NCBI GenBank assembly: GCA_000002445.1
Contig: CP000069.1
Coordinates: 256,001-320,000, forward strand
DNA length: 64,000 bases
Source of the DNA: Trypanosoma brucei
Taxonomy: Eukaryota
Direction: 5' to 3'
This document shows, one piece after another, positions 23,233-35,831 of this stretch. The notes beneath the pieces were generated by a model. It saw only the letters and a list, made by a program, of their open reading frames with translations. It ran no database searches and was not told where the DNA came from. Made by a program: the position numbers and the translations under genes. Position 1 is the stretch's first letter, and the number at the start of each line of letters is the position of its first letter.

Positions 23233-25362
23233 TTAAGTGCGGACCCAACCTCTACGTACCATAATGCCGGCGGCTGTGGAGGCCACACTTTCGTGACTCA
23301 ACACGGACGTCATGGAAGAACTGCTCAACTCGGTGTATGGAAATGCGGATTGTGTCGCCTCTTCATCTGACCGGACGCTGTGTGGGCCGTGCACGCAACT
23401 CGTCTGATGCCCAGTACTGAATAGCGTGCTTCCGAGCACATCTGCCCTCGTGCTTCCACGCCATGTCTGCGACGCCTGAGATTCTTGTCTGGCAGCAGCG
23501 GCGTCCCCATCATCTTCGTCTCCATCTTCCACACCGTCCCTGTCCGCGTCCACAACACCTCCAGTGCTGCTACTCTCCACTGCGCTTGTACCCACGCGCC
23601 GACGCCTCGGGATTGACGAAGACAATGCACCATTTTGAATGAATCGCAACATTTCCTTCGTTAGGGGCAGGCGTGGCTCGGACTCAAAACCAAGTTCAGA
23701 CACCGTTGCAGCGGTGTCGGTGTCACACCCTGTGTTATCGTCATCGAAGACGCTTTCGCTCTTGGCTAGCTCTGCCTCACTAAGATTCGCGGCATCCACA
23801 GATACCGTAGACGTCGGGAGGGGAATGTCCTGCAGAAGTTGATTGACAGCGTGGTGAGTAAGGGTATTAGGAGGATCTTGCGCCCGGTAATCCAGCCACA
23901 CTGGACCTGCGTAACGGTGCAGAGTGCCATCTCTCGTACAGAGCAGATCGACGGGCCGGCGCCCGCGACAACAAGGCGGTGCTACGAAGAAAACGAAGCG
24001 TTGCTCAGCAGTGGCACAGGCAAGCAGCGTTCTGCTAGAGCCGGTACCGAGTGAGACGACGTACGGTGCACAATCGGGATCGAGATAACTCACCGAAAGC
24101 CATACTGGAGTCTGGCAGCTGGTAGAAGCAACCAATGGGACATCATGATGGATGGTGATATGTGGCTCCTGAGTCGACAGCTGCTGCGAAGTCGAGGACG
24201 GGGCTACACGAGTAGGGGACGTAGGCAACGATGCCAATGACCCGTCCCAGATAGCAACACCGTCATGAGCACCGGACTTCTGCAGCTTCAAGAAACGCAC
24301 CTGCCGCTTCAACTCCTTCACTTGTGCCTCAAGATGCAGGTGAGGTACCGATGACCCTTCCGCTTCCTTGCTTGATGCTGCGCTAAAAGAATCCATAGGT
24401 CCATTCCCTGATGCCGACGGTGGTGCTTCAGACACGGCACCGCGTGCCGACGGCTGCAAATGGGAAGGACCCGCCAGCTTGCTTGACGTCTCACTGCTCC
24501 TTCCTCCCTGGCAAGAGGGCGTCGGACTGTCTGATTGATTACGCGGAACTGCGGTCACAGGTGGTAATGTGCGGCCAACAATTGTACCGAACGGGCCTTC
24601 GCCACCCTTATGTCGCATCACCTGAAACCGAACGCCCCGATTACCGTCAGGCTTCTCATTAGTAATCGCTGGGAGAAGAAACGCAGTAAAATCTGCGGCC
24701 TCGGCAGTGCTGTTGGTGTCGTCGGGTTGTGTGCCTGTGGATGCGGCCTCGCACTCAATCCACCCACTGAGACTTGCAACCCCTTCAGGGTCGGGCACAA
24801 AACCGAAACCGAGCATAAGCTCTACAGCGTGGCAAGCGCCCTCCGTTTCAACAAGTCGGCGCCATGCAGTGGAGCTCATATAAACATATGCCGGATTCTG
24901 GCACTTTTCAGAAACATGCATGGAACAGTCTTTTTCATTTGACGGTATGTAATGCAAAACACTGCGCCAACAGGTATCGAGGTCCGGTGGTTGCGGCAAT
25001 TGCGAGGACCCTGTTTCTTCGTCGGAGGGGGAATGGAGATCCATTTCCTTCCTCTGCCTCGCCTTCAATATTCTCTTTTGCCGGTATTTTTTCTTATTTT
25101 GTTCTTGCTTCCTCTTTTTCCCCCCCTTTCCGCTACTTCCCTCGTTAATTCTTGTACCGCTATTTTTATCGATCCCGCCTGGTTTGGAGGTGGAAGCTGC
25201 GAGCAGAGGAAAAAGAGGCAACAGAAGGAGAAGAGGCGAAAAAAGTTTATGCATCGCCGTTGATGATGATGATGGCCACCGGAATAATAACAGAGGCAAC
25301 ATAGAAATAGAAGCGGCATCCGAAGCGTCTTCGCGCCGCGGGGATGGGAAAATAAACGCCAA
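23233..25362 (-). CDS. Hypothetical protein. Longest ORF is 709 aa, but the functional start is probably Met107 (ATG 25044..25042, MDLHSPSDEE...), giving about 603 aa.
   Basis: Complete ORF in the track. Its first 106 codons are encoded by the CT-rich polypyrimidine tract (25180-25254) followed by a purine-rich stretch. This is the usual trans-splice acceptor region, so the apparent signal peptide MHKLFSPLLLLLPLFPLLAAS is likely an artefact. Confidence 0.65.
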   Translation of the reverse strand: MAFIFPSPRREDASDAASISMLPLLLFRWPSSSSTAMHKLFSPLLLLLPLFPLLAASTSKPGGIDKNSGTRINEGSSGKGGKKRKQEQNKKKYRQKRILKARQRKEMDLHSPSDEETGSSQLPQPPDLDTCWRSVLHYIPSNEKDCSMHVSEKCQNPAYVYMSSTAWRRLVETEGACHAVELMLGFGFVPDPEGVASLSGWIECEAASTGTQPDDTNSTAEAADFTAFLLPAITNEKPDGNRGVRFQVMRHKGGEGPFGTIVGRTLPPVTAVPRNQSDSPTPSCQGGRSSETSSKLAGPSHLQPSARGAVSEAPPSASGNGPMDSFSAASSKEAEGSSVPHLHLEAQVKELKRQVRFLKLQKSGAHDGVAIWDGSLASLPTSPTRVAPSSTSQQLSTQEPHITIHHDVPLVASTSCQTPVWLSVSYLDPDCAPYVVSLGTGSSRTLLACATAEQRFVFFVAPPCCRGRRPVDLLCTRDGTLHRYAGPVWLDYRAQDPPNTLTHHAVNQLLQDIPLPTSTVSVDAANLSEAELAKSESVFDDDNTGCDTDTAATVSELGFESEPRLPLTKEMLRFIQNGALSSSIPRRRRVGTSAVESSSTGGVVDADRDGVEDGDEDDGDAAAARQESQASQTWRGSTRADVLGSTLFSTGHQTSCVHGPHSVRSDEEATQSAFPYTELSSSSMTSVLSHESVASTAAGIMVRRGWVRT

Positions 25363-25897
25363 TTAAGAGGAGAAAAAAAAGTTCATGTGAGGAAAGAGAA
25401 GTAACTGACGGAGGGAAGAAAACACTGTGACCTACCGAGGCGCGATATGACGACAGCAGTTTGTTAACCTCGACTGCACATGCGTGTAACTGCTGTCAGA
25501 ACCTCCTTCTCCCCCCCAAAAAAAGAAGACAAGTTACGGCAAGAAAGCGCAACAGCACTAAGCGCGACTCTCTTACTTTACACGCATTTCATTCTTTCCC
25601 TTCCCCTTTCCTTTAGCTTTTCCTCTTTCACCTCATCAGTTTCTTCTGTCGGAGCACAAAGCCGACTTCTCAAACCTGATGGAGAGAAGCTAAAAAAAGA
25701 TGTATACCACATTCTCTTACTCCCTTCATTCTCATCCGCGAGCCCCAACTTTAAGAAATCAGTTGGGCACTCCTCGACCCTCCAACTAACTCCCTCCAAC
25801 CAATAAACGTTGTGTACCTCTTAAGGCACCAACGCAACCAGAATTCGTCATGCCCTTCCCATTACTCCACACACGCACAAACGACCCCCAAAAGGGG

Positions 25898-26989
25898 TCA
25901 CGTTTCTGTTTTTATCTTCTTCACACACGCCTGTTCGACCTTTCCCACACCGCTACGCTTTTGTGCCCATGCGAACTGACCCTTCATGGCGGTCTTTCGC
26001 CGCTCATCATGTGCCTCCATCGCCACTTTTATCAAATCGAGAACCCTGGGAGCAAGAGTACCTGCCGCCTCGATGCATGCATTAAGATCCTTCAGATGAA
26101 TACTACAACCCTCAGCCTTCACTACAGTGCAGACTTGACCCTCTGCGTTGATGGCAACAACAATTGACGATGCCGCCGCGAGGGATTCCGCTGTTGTGGG
26201 ATCGACTACTACACCCAGCGGCTGCGGGGAAGTCCCATCAATAGCAAATGCACTTGCAGTATCGATGGAATTCCCAACTCCAGAAGAAGGTTGGGGACCA
26301 GATGACGATCCCGTTGCGGAAAGCGCACGCTGATGATTGAGCGCCTTTTCGCGTTCAGTTGGAGCCATCGTAATGGCAAAAGTGAATGGCAACGGCGTGT
26401 GTTGCACGGACAGCGGGACTGGCTCCCGCTCGTGTGGTGGGTGCACAATGACAGAACTTCCTCGTACGGTGAGCTCCGGACGCCGGTGATGCATGAGTAA
26501 AGCGATAACAGCCCACACGGCTGCATCATTGCAGTTCCCTTCATCATTCATGATCGTGACATCAACTGTAAGGCTCCAGACTTTCTGGCCGGGAAGAACG
26601 CAGAGACCCGCTGTGTCAATGACACCTCCCGTCCGTACCAGGCGCTCGAGAAACGCGACTAAATTTTTTTGAGTTGAGCCGTCTGCTGCGGGACTGTCCC
26701 TCTCCGTGTGAAGTCGCCGAACGGAGAAGTGTAAAAGACCATGTTTGGGCCGCTGCGGCGTGGGCTCCACAAGTGCAGTTGCGATAGCGGCCGTAACTAC
26801 GGAGCCGCCACAACGGACAACTACAACATCACGTGAGAGCAGCGGAAACTCAACCGAAACTTCCCGCATCTGTTGAGCGGTGCGCTGATCGGGGCGCAGA
26901 CCCGCGAGCCAAGCGGATTTCGTAAACTCAACTTCTCGCTGAGTGAGTGCGGGGCTGGCGATGACTAACGCTGCTCGTTGGTACTGCAT
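25898..26989 (-). CDS. RRP45: Exosome non-catalytic RNase PH-like subunit, RRP45 (EXOSC9) orthologue, 363 aa.
   Basis: Strong similarity by eye to the RNase PH domain of human EXOSC9. The motif GLRPDQRTAQQMREVSVEF...CGGSVVTAAI parallels LRLDGRQ...GTDYGCCIVELG. The motif GQKVWSLTVDVTIMNDEGNCNDAAVWAVIALLMHHRRPELTVRG...PHEREPVPLSVQHTPLPFTFAI parallels GEKVWQIRVDLHLLNHDGNIIDAASIAAIVALCHFRRPDVSVQG...PEERDPVPLSIHHMPICVSFAF. Confidence 0.85.
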   Translation of the reverse strand: MQYQRAALVIASPALTQREVEFTKSAWLAGLRPDQRTAQQMREVSVEFPLLSRDVVVVRCGGSVVTAAIATALVEPTPQRPKHGLLHFSVRRLHTERDSPAADGSTQKNLVAFLERLVRTGGVIDTAGLCVLPGQKVWSLTVDVTIMNDEGNCNDAAVWAVIALLMHHRRPELTVRGSSVIVHPPHEREPVPLSVQHTPLPFTFAITMAPTEREKALNHQRALSATGSSSGPQPSSGVGNSIDTASAFAIDGTSPQPLGVVVDPTTAESLAAASSIVVAINAEGQVCTVVKAEGCSIHLKDLNACIEAAGTLAPRVLDLIKVAMEAHDERRKTAMKGQFAWAQKRSGVGKVEQACVKKIKTET

Positions 26990-27274
26990 GGCGTAAAATC
27001 ACACGAAATAGCTCACAGTAGCTCACGCCTCGGGTCTTTTCCTTGTTTACCCCTATCTTCACTTCCTTTTTGTCATTAGGCATAGGAACCCGTTGAAAAG
27101 AACAATAACAAACAGTAACAGTGGAAACTCTTTTTTTTTTTTCAAAAAAAGAAACAATTAAAATGTACGTGAGCGATGTGTCGTATACGTGCGGATTTCG
27201 GCGGCCAGTTGCACATTTCAGCTAACGCTATTCACACCCCCCAAAAGAAAAACCAAGAGCCCATATGTTTCCAG

Positions 27275-28474
27275 TCACTCATCGTTCCCGATTTCGTACG
27301 CCTCAACGGCAAAATCCTCATCTTCATCTTCCAACATTTGGCTCTGCACCACTCGCATGGGAGTCAACCCACCGCCGTCCTCCAGCTCCTCCTTTGACCA
27401 CACCTTACTTGCTACAGGGCCGTTCAACAACTCCTCCTTGCGGCATCGTTCCTCAGCCTCAAGCACCTCAGCACTGCGAATGCGACGGTCGTGCTCCGCA
27501 TCATATGCCGTAATATCTGGCTTTGCGAGAAAAACTCCCAAGTGTCCGCCACGAGGCAGATCATTGCACATGCGGCTAATGTTATCGTAGTGATCATCGC
27601 ATTCATCAGCTTCTCCTTCCGAGCCCACTTCTTTTGTTTCCGCAGCAGCAGCAGCAGAGGAAGCAGCCGCCTCCTCAGCCTCTACGGGGTTTAAGCGCCT
27701 CCAGCCCGATATTGACGGCGCCTCTCCTCCTGTGGATTTCCTTCGGCTGTACAATGGAAGGATGCCGTCTACAGCGACACCAGCACCCAATTCCATGGAG
27801 TTCCGCGTCTTATTTTCGATGCGCTCCATTCGTGCCCGGTGCTTCTCCCGTAACCGTTCGCGTTCCTCCTCGAGCCGCTCATCCTCCGGCCGGCGGGAGT
27901 TGCTTTGATACAAAAAGTAGTGCTGCATTAACATCCGCATGGCGAGACGTGTGTCACCTTCAACGAGGCGTCGCTCCTCATCAGCGATCTGCGCCTCGGA
28001 GTGTTGAGGCTCTTCACGTTCTGCTGGACCACTTTGATCAGTACCATCAGATTTGCGCTCAACGGTTTTTACACCCGTCCGGGCATTCGCGAGTGGTGCA
28101 GTTGCTGAGCGCGGGCTTTTGTTGCCGGGAACCTCCTGCTCTTTTTTGCCATTCCTATTATGACCACCATTTCCAGAGGTTTCCTTAAGTAATGATTTTG
28201 CTGAGCTCCTTGTTCCGTACAAAATATGGCTGCAACTGAAATGCCTCAGGTATATGGCAACTATGGGAAATGGCAGTTGATGACTGCATATTCTTTTCGC
28301 GGTGCGAAGGCGCGTGCAGCTTGACAGCTGCCACATTACGAATATGGTTCTAATCGCTACCAATGTGGTCAATGTTTTTCTTTTTTTTTTCTTTTTTCTT
28401 TGAGACACGGTTTTGTGTGTGTGTTGTCTCCTCGCTTCTCCTTCTCTAAGCGACGTTACTCTTTCCGTGTTCAC
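27275..28474 (-). CDS. Hypothetical protein, about 399 aa, with charged coiled-coil-like regions (EERLEEERERLREKHRARMERIE) and an acidic C-terminus.
   Basis: Complete ORF in the track. A purine-rich plus-strand tract at 28540-28620 (polypyrimidine on the coding strand) lies upstream. The first ~40 codons run through low-complexity sequence, so the true start may be downstream (for example Met47). Confidence 0.6.
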   Translation of the reverse strand: MNTERVTSLREGEARRQHTHKTVSQRKKKKKRKTLTTLVAIRTIFVMWQLSSCTRLRTAKRICSHQLPFPIVAIYLRHFSCSHILYGTRSSAKSLLKETSGNGGHNRNGKKEQEVPGNKSPRSATAPLANARTGVKTVERKSDGTDQSGPAEREEPQHSEAQIADEERRLVEGDTRLAMRMLMQHYFLYQSNSRRPEDERLEEERERLREKHRARMERIENKTRNSMELGAGVAVDGILPLYSRRKSTGGEAPSISGWRRLNPVEAEEAAASSAAAAAETKEVGSEGEADECDDHYDNISRMCNDLPRGGHLGVFLAKPDITAYDAEHDRRIRSAEVLEAEERCRKEELLNGPVASKVWSKEELEDGGGLTPMRVVQSQMLEDEDEDFAVEAYEIGNDE

Positions 28475-31400
28475 TTCCCTTCCCTTCCTTTCACTTGAAC
28501 GCCGACACCACTGCTGTGCAGGATTCTCTGAGAAACACAGGGACGACTCCAGACGACCGGAGAGAAAAAAAAAACAAAAAAAAAAAAGAAAACAAAGGCA
28601 AAAACACCAACACTAACACCAACCGCAACTACAGGTGCCACCAATAACCCGAGGAAAAAGAGAAAGAAAGCGAGAGATGAAACATTCAAAATTAATAGAT
28701 GGGTGAAAACAGTTCATTAGTATTTAATGGCACCATCAAAGGAATGCCACACAAACGTACCCATAAGGGCTTCATTACGTCCCCCCCCCTCAAAAAAAAA
28801 AAAGAGAGAGAAAAAACTCGAAGGGCAACACTTCGAGTTGAGAATTGCTGGGCTTCAAAACGAAGCAAAAAAAAAAAGAAAGGAAAGAAGACCAAACAAA
28901 TGTTCGATCTCGCACATATGGCAGCCTCCTTCCACCCACTTGAGGTTACTGAGACTGCTTCTTTATTTCAGAATAAAAAACAGTGAAGCGATAGCAATTT
29001 GTTGTTATTATTATTATTGTTGTTTTATTATTATTTCATTCATTCACTCACTCGACCTTTTTCTTTTCCAACACATTTTTAGGAAACTCTCTTCGAATGT
29101 TTTTTTTTTTTCACATCACTTGGTCATCACCCAACTTTTTTCTTGTTTCGGTGAGTCGCTTTTAATGCTCTTTTTCACATAACATATCTTGTATTTCTAT
29201 TTCTATTCTTCCTTTTTCTTTCTTTCATTTATTCATTCATATAAATAAATAAATAAATATATATATATATATATATATTTCGGTGCATGAATATTCACAC
29301 GAATTATGTGCACAAAACCTGTAAATAAATAAATAAACAACAAATAGAAAATAAAAAAGGAACCAAAAGAAGGAAAACATAAAACAAAAGAAGGGCAGGG
29401 GATTGGGGGAAAAGGGAGGTCTGTTGAAAAACTGTCCACATGTCTTAAAAGTAAAAAACAACAAAAAACAACAAAACAACATTAAAAACTGTAATGTCAA
29501 CATCACGTGTTTAAACTCTCCCTTCACCTCCCCCCCTTTTTTTCCCCCTCATCAACATCCAATTATTGGCTTCATATTTATTTATTTGTACATCTAAGCC
29601 TTGAAGAACAAATTAACAAACAAATAAATGAGTAAAACATGAAAAAAAATCCCATATTATATCATATAAATAAATATAAATATATAAATAAATACAAATG
29701 AAACAATAATATTTGTAAAAAAAAAAGGTAAAACAAAAATTAAAATCAATACGAAAACATTTGCATACTTATTCACAAAAAACATCATATCAGCAGCGTA
29801 GTGGTATGATGGGGAGAGAAGTTCTTTTTTAATTTTTATTTCCCACAATCGCGACAACCATTTAAAAGGAAAAAAAAAAAACAACAACATCAACAAATCT
29901 GGAGATAAATCATGAAAGAAGAAAGAAGAGGAAAACAATGGGGAAGACCGGCATCAAAAATAAAAGCAAAACACAAATTAACAAACAACAAAAGTAAATG
30001 AAACGAATCCGTTTTGATTTATCATTTTGTCGTTTTGCCTTTTTTTAACAGAATTCTTCACGTCTTTTTTTTTCTTTTTCGTGGTGCCCATATTATTGCT
30101 ATTATTAGCAATTAGCATTCGTTTTCTTTTATTGTTGTTATTGTTCTGAAATAATTTAAAATACTTTTCGGTTGTCAACACCTTTTTTCTCGTTGTAATA
30201 AATAAATAAATATATATATATATATGTCGAGATTTATTTTTGGTGTTTTTGCCGGAAAAAAAAAACTGTAAAAAAAATTAAAAAAAAACCGAACGAAATG
30301 AGGGAAAATATCCGCGAGCAAAAAAAATCTTTCGGTTGCCTTTCGTCTTTTTTTTTTTTTGCCTCCCCTTTGAAACAAAACTAAATAGAATGACTATATG
30401 GAGATTAAAATTAAAAAAAAAAAAGCAACAACAACAACACCAACAAAAAGGGAGAATTAAAAAAAGAGAGAGAAAGAAAAAAAAGGAAATAAGGGGAATT
30501 CTCGAATGACAACGTCACCACGTGAAAGTAAAATAACAGTTATATAAAAGAAAAATAGTAAAGAACAACAAAAACGAAAACAAAAGAAAAAAGAAAAAAG
30601 AAACGGTCCCACGACGCGTAAACATTCATAAAATAAATGGGTATATCACCATATAAATAAAAATATTTGAAGATGAAATTATGTAGGAGAATTTGTTTGT
30701 TTGCGCACCACGAGTTTGTTATGTCCATCATCACGAATTTATATAAATACTGACTCCACCTTTTCATCTCTTTTTCTATTTTTATTTTTATACATTTTTG
30801 TGTATTTGTAATATATCCCCCTTTTTATTAGTACTTTTCTTACAAGTTTCAAAATATAGACAACTTTATATATATATATATATATATTTGGTCACTGTTA
30901 AGTAATAAGTGTCTCCAATGCCCCAGCAGGGAGAATCACACGTAAAAAACAAAAAACAAAAAAACAAAAAACAAAAACCAACAACAGTGAACAAACATAA
31001 CAGGAGGAGTAAGGAAGGTTTGACCAATACAAATAATGATGAAAATAACAATAAACTTAAAATCCATCTATAACTTTGTTCCCATCTCTCTTATCACATA
31101 AATACACACAAGTACACACAATAACAACAACAACAACAAAAGAAGAAATAATAATAATAATAATAAAAATAATAGTGATAGTAACAGTAATTATAGCGGT
31201 AGAAAATTACCACCACTACCACCATCTCCCATATTTTCTGCATTTTTCGCGTAACGGCTGCGTGACAAAATGAAAAGCTTCAAGCTTCCGTCAAGTGACT
31301 TAAAACATTCATTCAAATGCCATGATATTTCGAGCGATTATATTTCCTCTTATCTTCTCTTCTCTCCTCTCTTCTATTCTATTCGTTTTCCTTTTATTTA

Positions 31401-31661
31401 TTTATTTATCCATCCATCCATTCATCCATTTTATTAAATTCATTTCTTTTTATTTTTCGTTTCACGTGGAATGAAATTATAGTGCAAAAGGAATGGAACA
31501 AAAGCAAAACCCCAAATGGCCCCCCCCACTTCCTTAATTCATTTATTCCCCTTCCTTTTCACACATATAAACACAAACATAAATATAAGCACATAATTGA
31601 ATATATAAAATATGTAATGAAACATATCATAATGGAACACACAAACACACACACAAACTCA

Positions 31662-31663
<2 letters not shown>

Positions 31664-31696
<33 letters not shown>
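31664..31696. repeat. (CA)n microsatellite, about 16 repeats.
   Basis: cacacacacacacacacacacacacacacaca. Confidence 0.9.
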
Positions 31697-31698
<2 letters not shown>

Positions 31699-34235
31699 AA
31701 CAAACAAATGGCCGACAGAAAAAAAAAAAGAGAAACTGTAACGCAAAGGAACCATATAATAATATAAAAAAGTTGAATTTAATTAAAAATAAAGCAAAGC
31801 AAATCAACTCAAAAAGAAAAAAAAAAACACAAGCGCTCATGTGTGGAAACACATTCAGTCATAGTCATAAGTTGAAAGGTGAGATGGCGATGGTAACAAT
31901 AACAATAAATATTAATAACAGCAACAACAATAGCATACATACACATCTATACATACATGGCTTTATTTTTATTTCATTCGTTCTTCCGTTTGTACGTTCA
32001 TGTGTGAGTGGGTGTGATTTATTTGTTTGTTTATTTATTTGTTTACTTCTGATGAACTAAAACAACTGAATGACGGTGGAGAGGAGGAGGAGGAGGAGGA
32101 GAGGAGGGGGGAAACACAACAGAAGAAATTAAATGCGTATGGGAACGCACAACAACTTGCATAAATTGTACATCAACTCTCAGTAATAATAACAATTGGA
32201 GGAAAGAACAAAGAAAAAAGAAAAAAAAAGCGAAAAAAACTGAAACGAAAACACGAACTTCCGGCAGACGCATCAATGCAAATAATCACATGGGACCCAC
32301 CAAATCACTCGTGTAAAAAGTTGGAGAAAACAACGACAAAACAACCAAGTGGAAGATAATACTGGGAAGAAAGAATAACAAACACAAAAACACACACAAG
32401 CGAATATAAATAAATAAATAAAATCGGTTGTACACTCTCAGATCTTACTTTTCTTTCTTTTCTTTTCCCCCTCTTGAGTATTTGTCCTCCTCTTGATTCT
32501 AAACAACTTTTATTTTATTTTATTTTATTGCGTTGCTCGATTTTGCTCCCCTACTTTCCGTTTCATCTTTTTTTTCTTTCCTTTTTTTTTTTGTAGGGGG
32601 ATTACACCCCTTTCGTGTCGCTCAGGCACTCTTTTTTTTTTTTTCCATTAATCGTTATTACTACCAATACCACCAATTCTTTTTTACTCATTTATTCAAC
32701 AAATTGTGGTGTCATTCTCATTCTCATTCTCATTCCTTTACTTTTACTTTATTTTTATTTTTCTCGCTTTCTCTTCTGTTCATCCCTTTTCACACACTTT
32801 CATGTTCACTTTATTTATAATTGTCTTTCCATACTTAAAAGATAAAAACAAACAAACAATCAATCATCAACAACAAACTCAGTCTTACTCGTTATTTATT
32901 TATTTATTTCATTCCGTTTTGCTTTGGAATCACATCCCCTCTGTACGGTCAAGTATTTTTTTTTCAAATATATATATATATATTTTAAAATATATTTCTT
33001 TTTTTCTTTGTTTCCTTTCCCCTTCTCTTACTAATTGACTGATTAATTTATTCATCATTTTACTTCATTGGCTTTGGTTTCCCTCCTTGTGCGTATTTAT
33101 TTGCGTTCAGTGCCATTAACAGGACCGCAGGCGTTTTTCTTTTCTTTTTCTTTTTTTTTTTTATTCCACCTCTTCTTTTCTTTCATTTGAGTTAAAAAAT
33201 CTCATACAAAGAAAGTTAAAGTATTATTATTATCATTATCATTTTAACGAAAGCAAATAAAACACAAACACACACACACACACAAAAAGACAGAAAAAAA
33301 ATCAACGAAGAAAGAAAAAAAAACAGCACCAACTAAAGATTTAGAAAAAAAAAAGAAGGTTAAATATATACATAAATATAAGTGATGAACATATAAAAAA
33401 AAGCGCATGAATAAGCGGGTCAAATTAAAGGGAAGGGAAGTAGAAAGTAACAAGAAGGAGAGAGAGAGAAAAAGGAAAAAAAAAAGGAAGTGCTACAAGA
33501 CTAAAGAAAATATTTTTTCTTTACAAAAAAAAAGATTTAAAAAAAGGTAAAAAGAACAACATCGTGAGAAGGAAGGTTTTCTTTTCCTTTTAACTTAAAA
33601 TAATAATAATAACAATAATAACAATTATTATTTAGTATTTTTTCCCCTCTAACATATATATATATATATATATTCTTTATTTTCTTTTTTTTCTTTATAC
33701 ATAGGTATTCTCATTCTTCTAATCTTTCCTCCCTTCACGTACACACACACACACACAACAAAACAAAACAAAAAGAACAATAAAATATCAGAAGTAATAA
33801 ACGGATGCCAACGCATCAAAGCAGTAAACAAGGAAAAAAAAATGAGAGAGAAGACGGAAAACACCGTGAATGAAATAAAACAATACACACATGGCAATTC
33901 AAAGAAATAATGATAGTAATATTAAATTTTTCTTTTTTTTCTTTAAAAAAAAAACGGCAATGGCAACAACAACAACAACAACAAAAGATCAAATGCATGA
34001 GTGAGCACACATGAAGCGGGAAACACACACACACACACCCCATAGGAACACACATATGCATAAAAATGAAAACAAAACAAAAGCAAAAACAAAACGAAAC
34101 AACAAAACAAAACAAAAAAAAGGAAAAGGAAAGGAAAAAAAAAGGGAAAAGGAAGAGGGGCGCGCCACCGCAGAGAGTGATGAGGCGCTCAGGAGAAATA
34201 TTAATAAATAAGAAAGAACCAAACACCAACCCCAA

Positions 34236-35303
34236 AAAAAACCCTAATTTTTATATATTTAAAGAAATATAAACCGGAACAAACAATTTAAAAGGAAGAG
34301 AAAAAGAAAAAGGAAAATTTGGACGAATGAGTGTGGAAGGACTTGCGCTGCTTTTGCATGCCTCTTCCAATACAAACACCCCAACGCACAAATACACACA
34401 CATATTAATATTAATATTAATATATATATATTCTTTCCTGAAGATGCCCCCCCCCAAACAACCCCAATTCTCCTCCCTTCCTCCTTTTTTTCCTTTTGAT
34501 CTTCCAATCAACAAAGGCACACAAAAACAGCAGATATAAACACAAAAATATAAAAGAAAACACAAACATATGTGCGAAAATATTGGACACATATAATGAT
34601 ATATTTCCTTCATTTTTCTTGTTGAAATATTCGTGTCTGTTTAGCCCCGTTTTTTAATTCATTCTCTTTTTAACACCATTCATTACTTTTATTACTATTA
34701 TCAGGTCGCCATCTATTTTCTTTTTTATTTTCTGCTTCTGTTTTTCCTCCTTCTGTGAATTATTGAAAAAGTTAGTGGATTAAAAAGAAAAAAATTAGAA
34801 ACTTTAATACCAACAAAAGCAGGCGTAATAATCACAAACACACAAACACACGCAGTTACATGTACATATATATATATGAAACGTAACAAATGGAAGGAAC
34901 AAAACAAATGAACACAAAACATCAGACATCGAAACCAAAACAAAACAATAAAAACAAGAAAACTATCTAAAAAAAAGAAAAGGAATAAAAGGAGTGATGT
35001 GTTCGGTGTCGCATAACGACGAATGGAGGGGGGAAATATACGGCCGGGATGAGAGAATAGCAATAAATGAAAAAAAAAAACAATTGAAAAGAGAAAAAAG
35101 AAAAAAACAGGCCGTAAGCACATTACTTGTCTTTGTTGGAGGAAAAAAAAGCAAAAAAAAAGAGATGGAAGTTGGGAAAGAGAAAAAAAATTCTCACCAT
35201 CGGAGTGGTGGAGCATGTTCGTTTTTTCTTTCCTGCTGATTTAACTTGATTTGTTTCCCCCTCCTTTGGTTTGTCCTGTTTCATCCTAAAATCTCATAAA
35301 CAT
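34236..35303. repeat. Left copy of a roughly 1.08 kb inverted repeat pair (partner at 58141..59233).
   Basis: By-eye alignment of the reverse complement of 34236-35303 to 58141-59233 shows roughly 97% identity over the full length, with only scattered substitutions and small homopolymer-length differences. It is also visible as near-identical ORF-track translations on opposite strands (34725..35216 minus vs 58246..58734 plus; 34251..34613 minus vs 58857..59054 plus). Confidence 0.9.
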
Positions 35304-35831
35304 ATTTATGTATACACTTATATATATATATATATATACGCGTGCGCATGCGTGTGTTTGTGTTTTACTCTATTCATTCATTTTGCTTTTTGTTTGTTTT
35401 TGGTTTTGGTTTTTCACCATACATCATGATCACACCAGTTGTTTGTTTGTTTACTTTTTTATTATTTTTCATTCCTTTCTGTTATTTTGCTTGTTTGCTC
35501 CTCTTTTACTACTGCCGTAGCATCACTTAGCCTTCACTGTATTGCTTTCTACTGTACACTTCTCGTCTCTTCTACTCCATTCTTCCTCTCTCTCTCTCTC
35601 TCTCTTTTCCTTCATCTTTGCGTATCCCAAGCTTACAGAAGTAGGCCACGACAGTAATAATAATAATAATAATAGTAAACAAAACTTGAGGTTAAAAGGA
35701 GCAGCGTATCTCATTTCTTCGGTTCCTTTCCCTCTGGCGCCTCCACCTTCCTTTTATTATTCATTCCTCATATTTCGTAGAAATCGCATAGCACTTAAAC
35801 GAACAGACGCATGGTACTCAATCCAAGTCAT

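Noticed and set aside
25184-25366. Plus-strand ORF 25184..25366 and 24952..25263 overlapping the 5' end of the 23233..25362 gene
   Set aside because: Purine-rich reading of the polypyrimidine tract (R/K/E-rich). Antisense artefact.
34725-35216. Conserved 162/163-aa ORF present in both inverted-repeat copies (partner 58246..58734)
   Set aside because: Conservation is explained by about 97% nucleotide identity of the repeat. The translation is F/L-rich low complexity, so it is unlikely to be a gene. It is kept only as evidence for the repeat.
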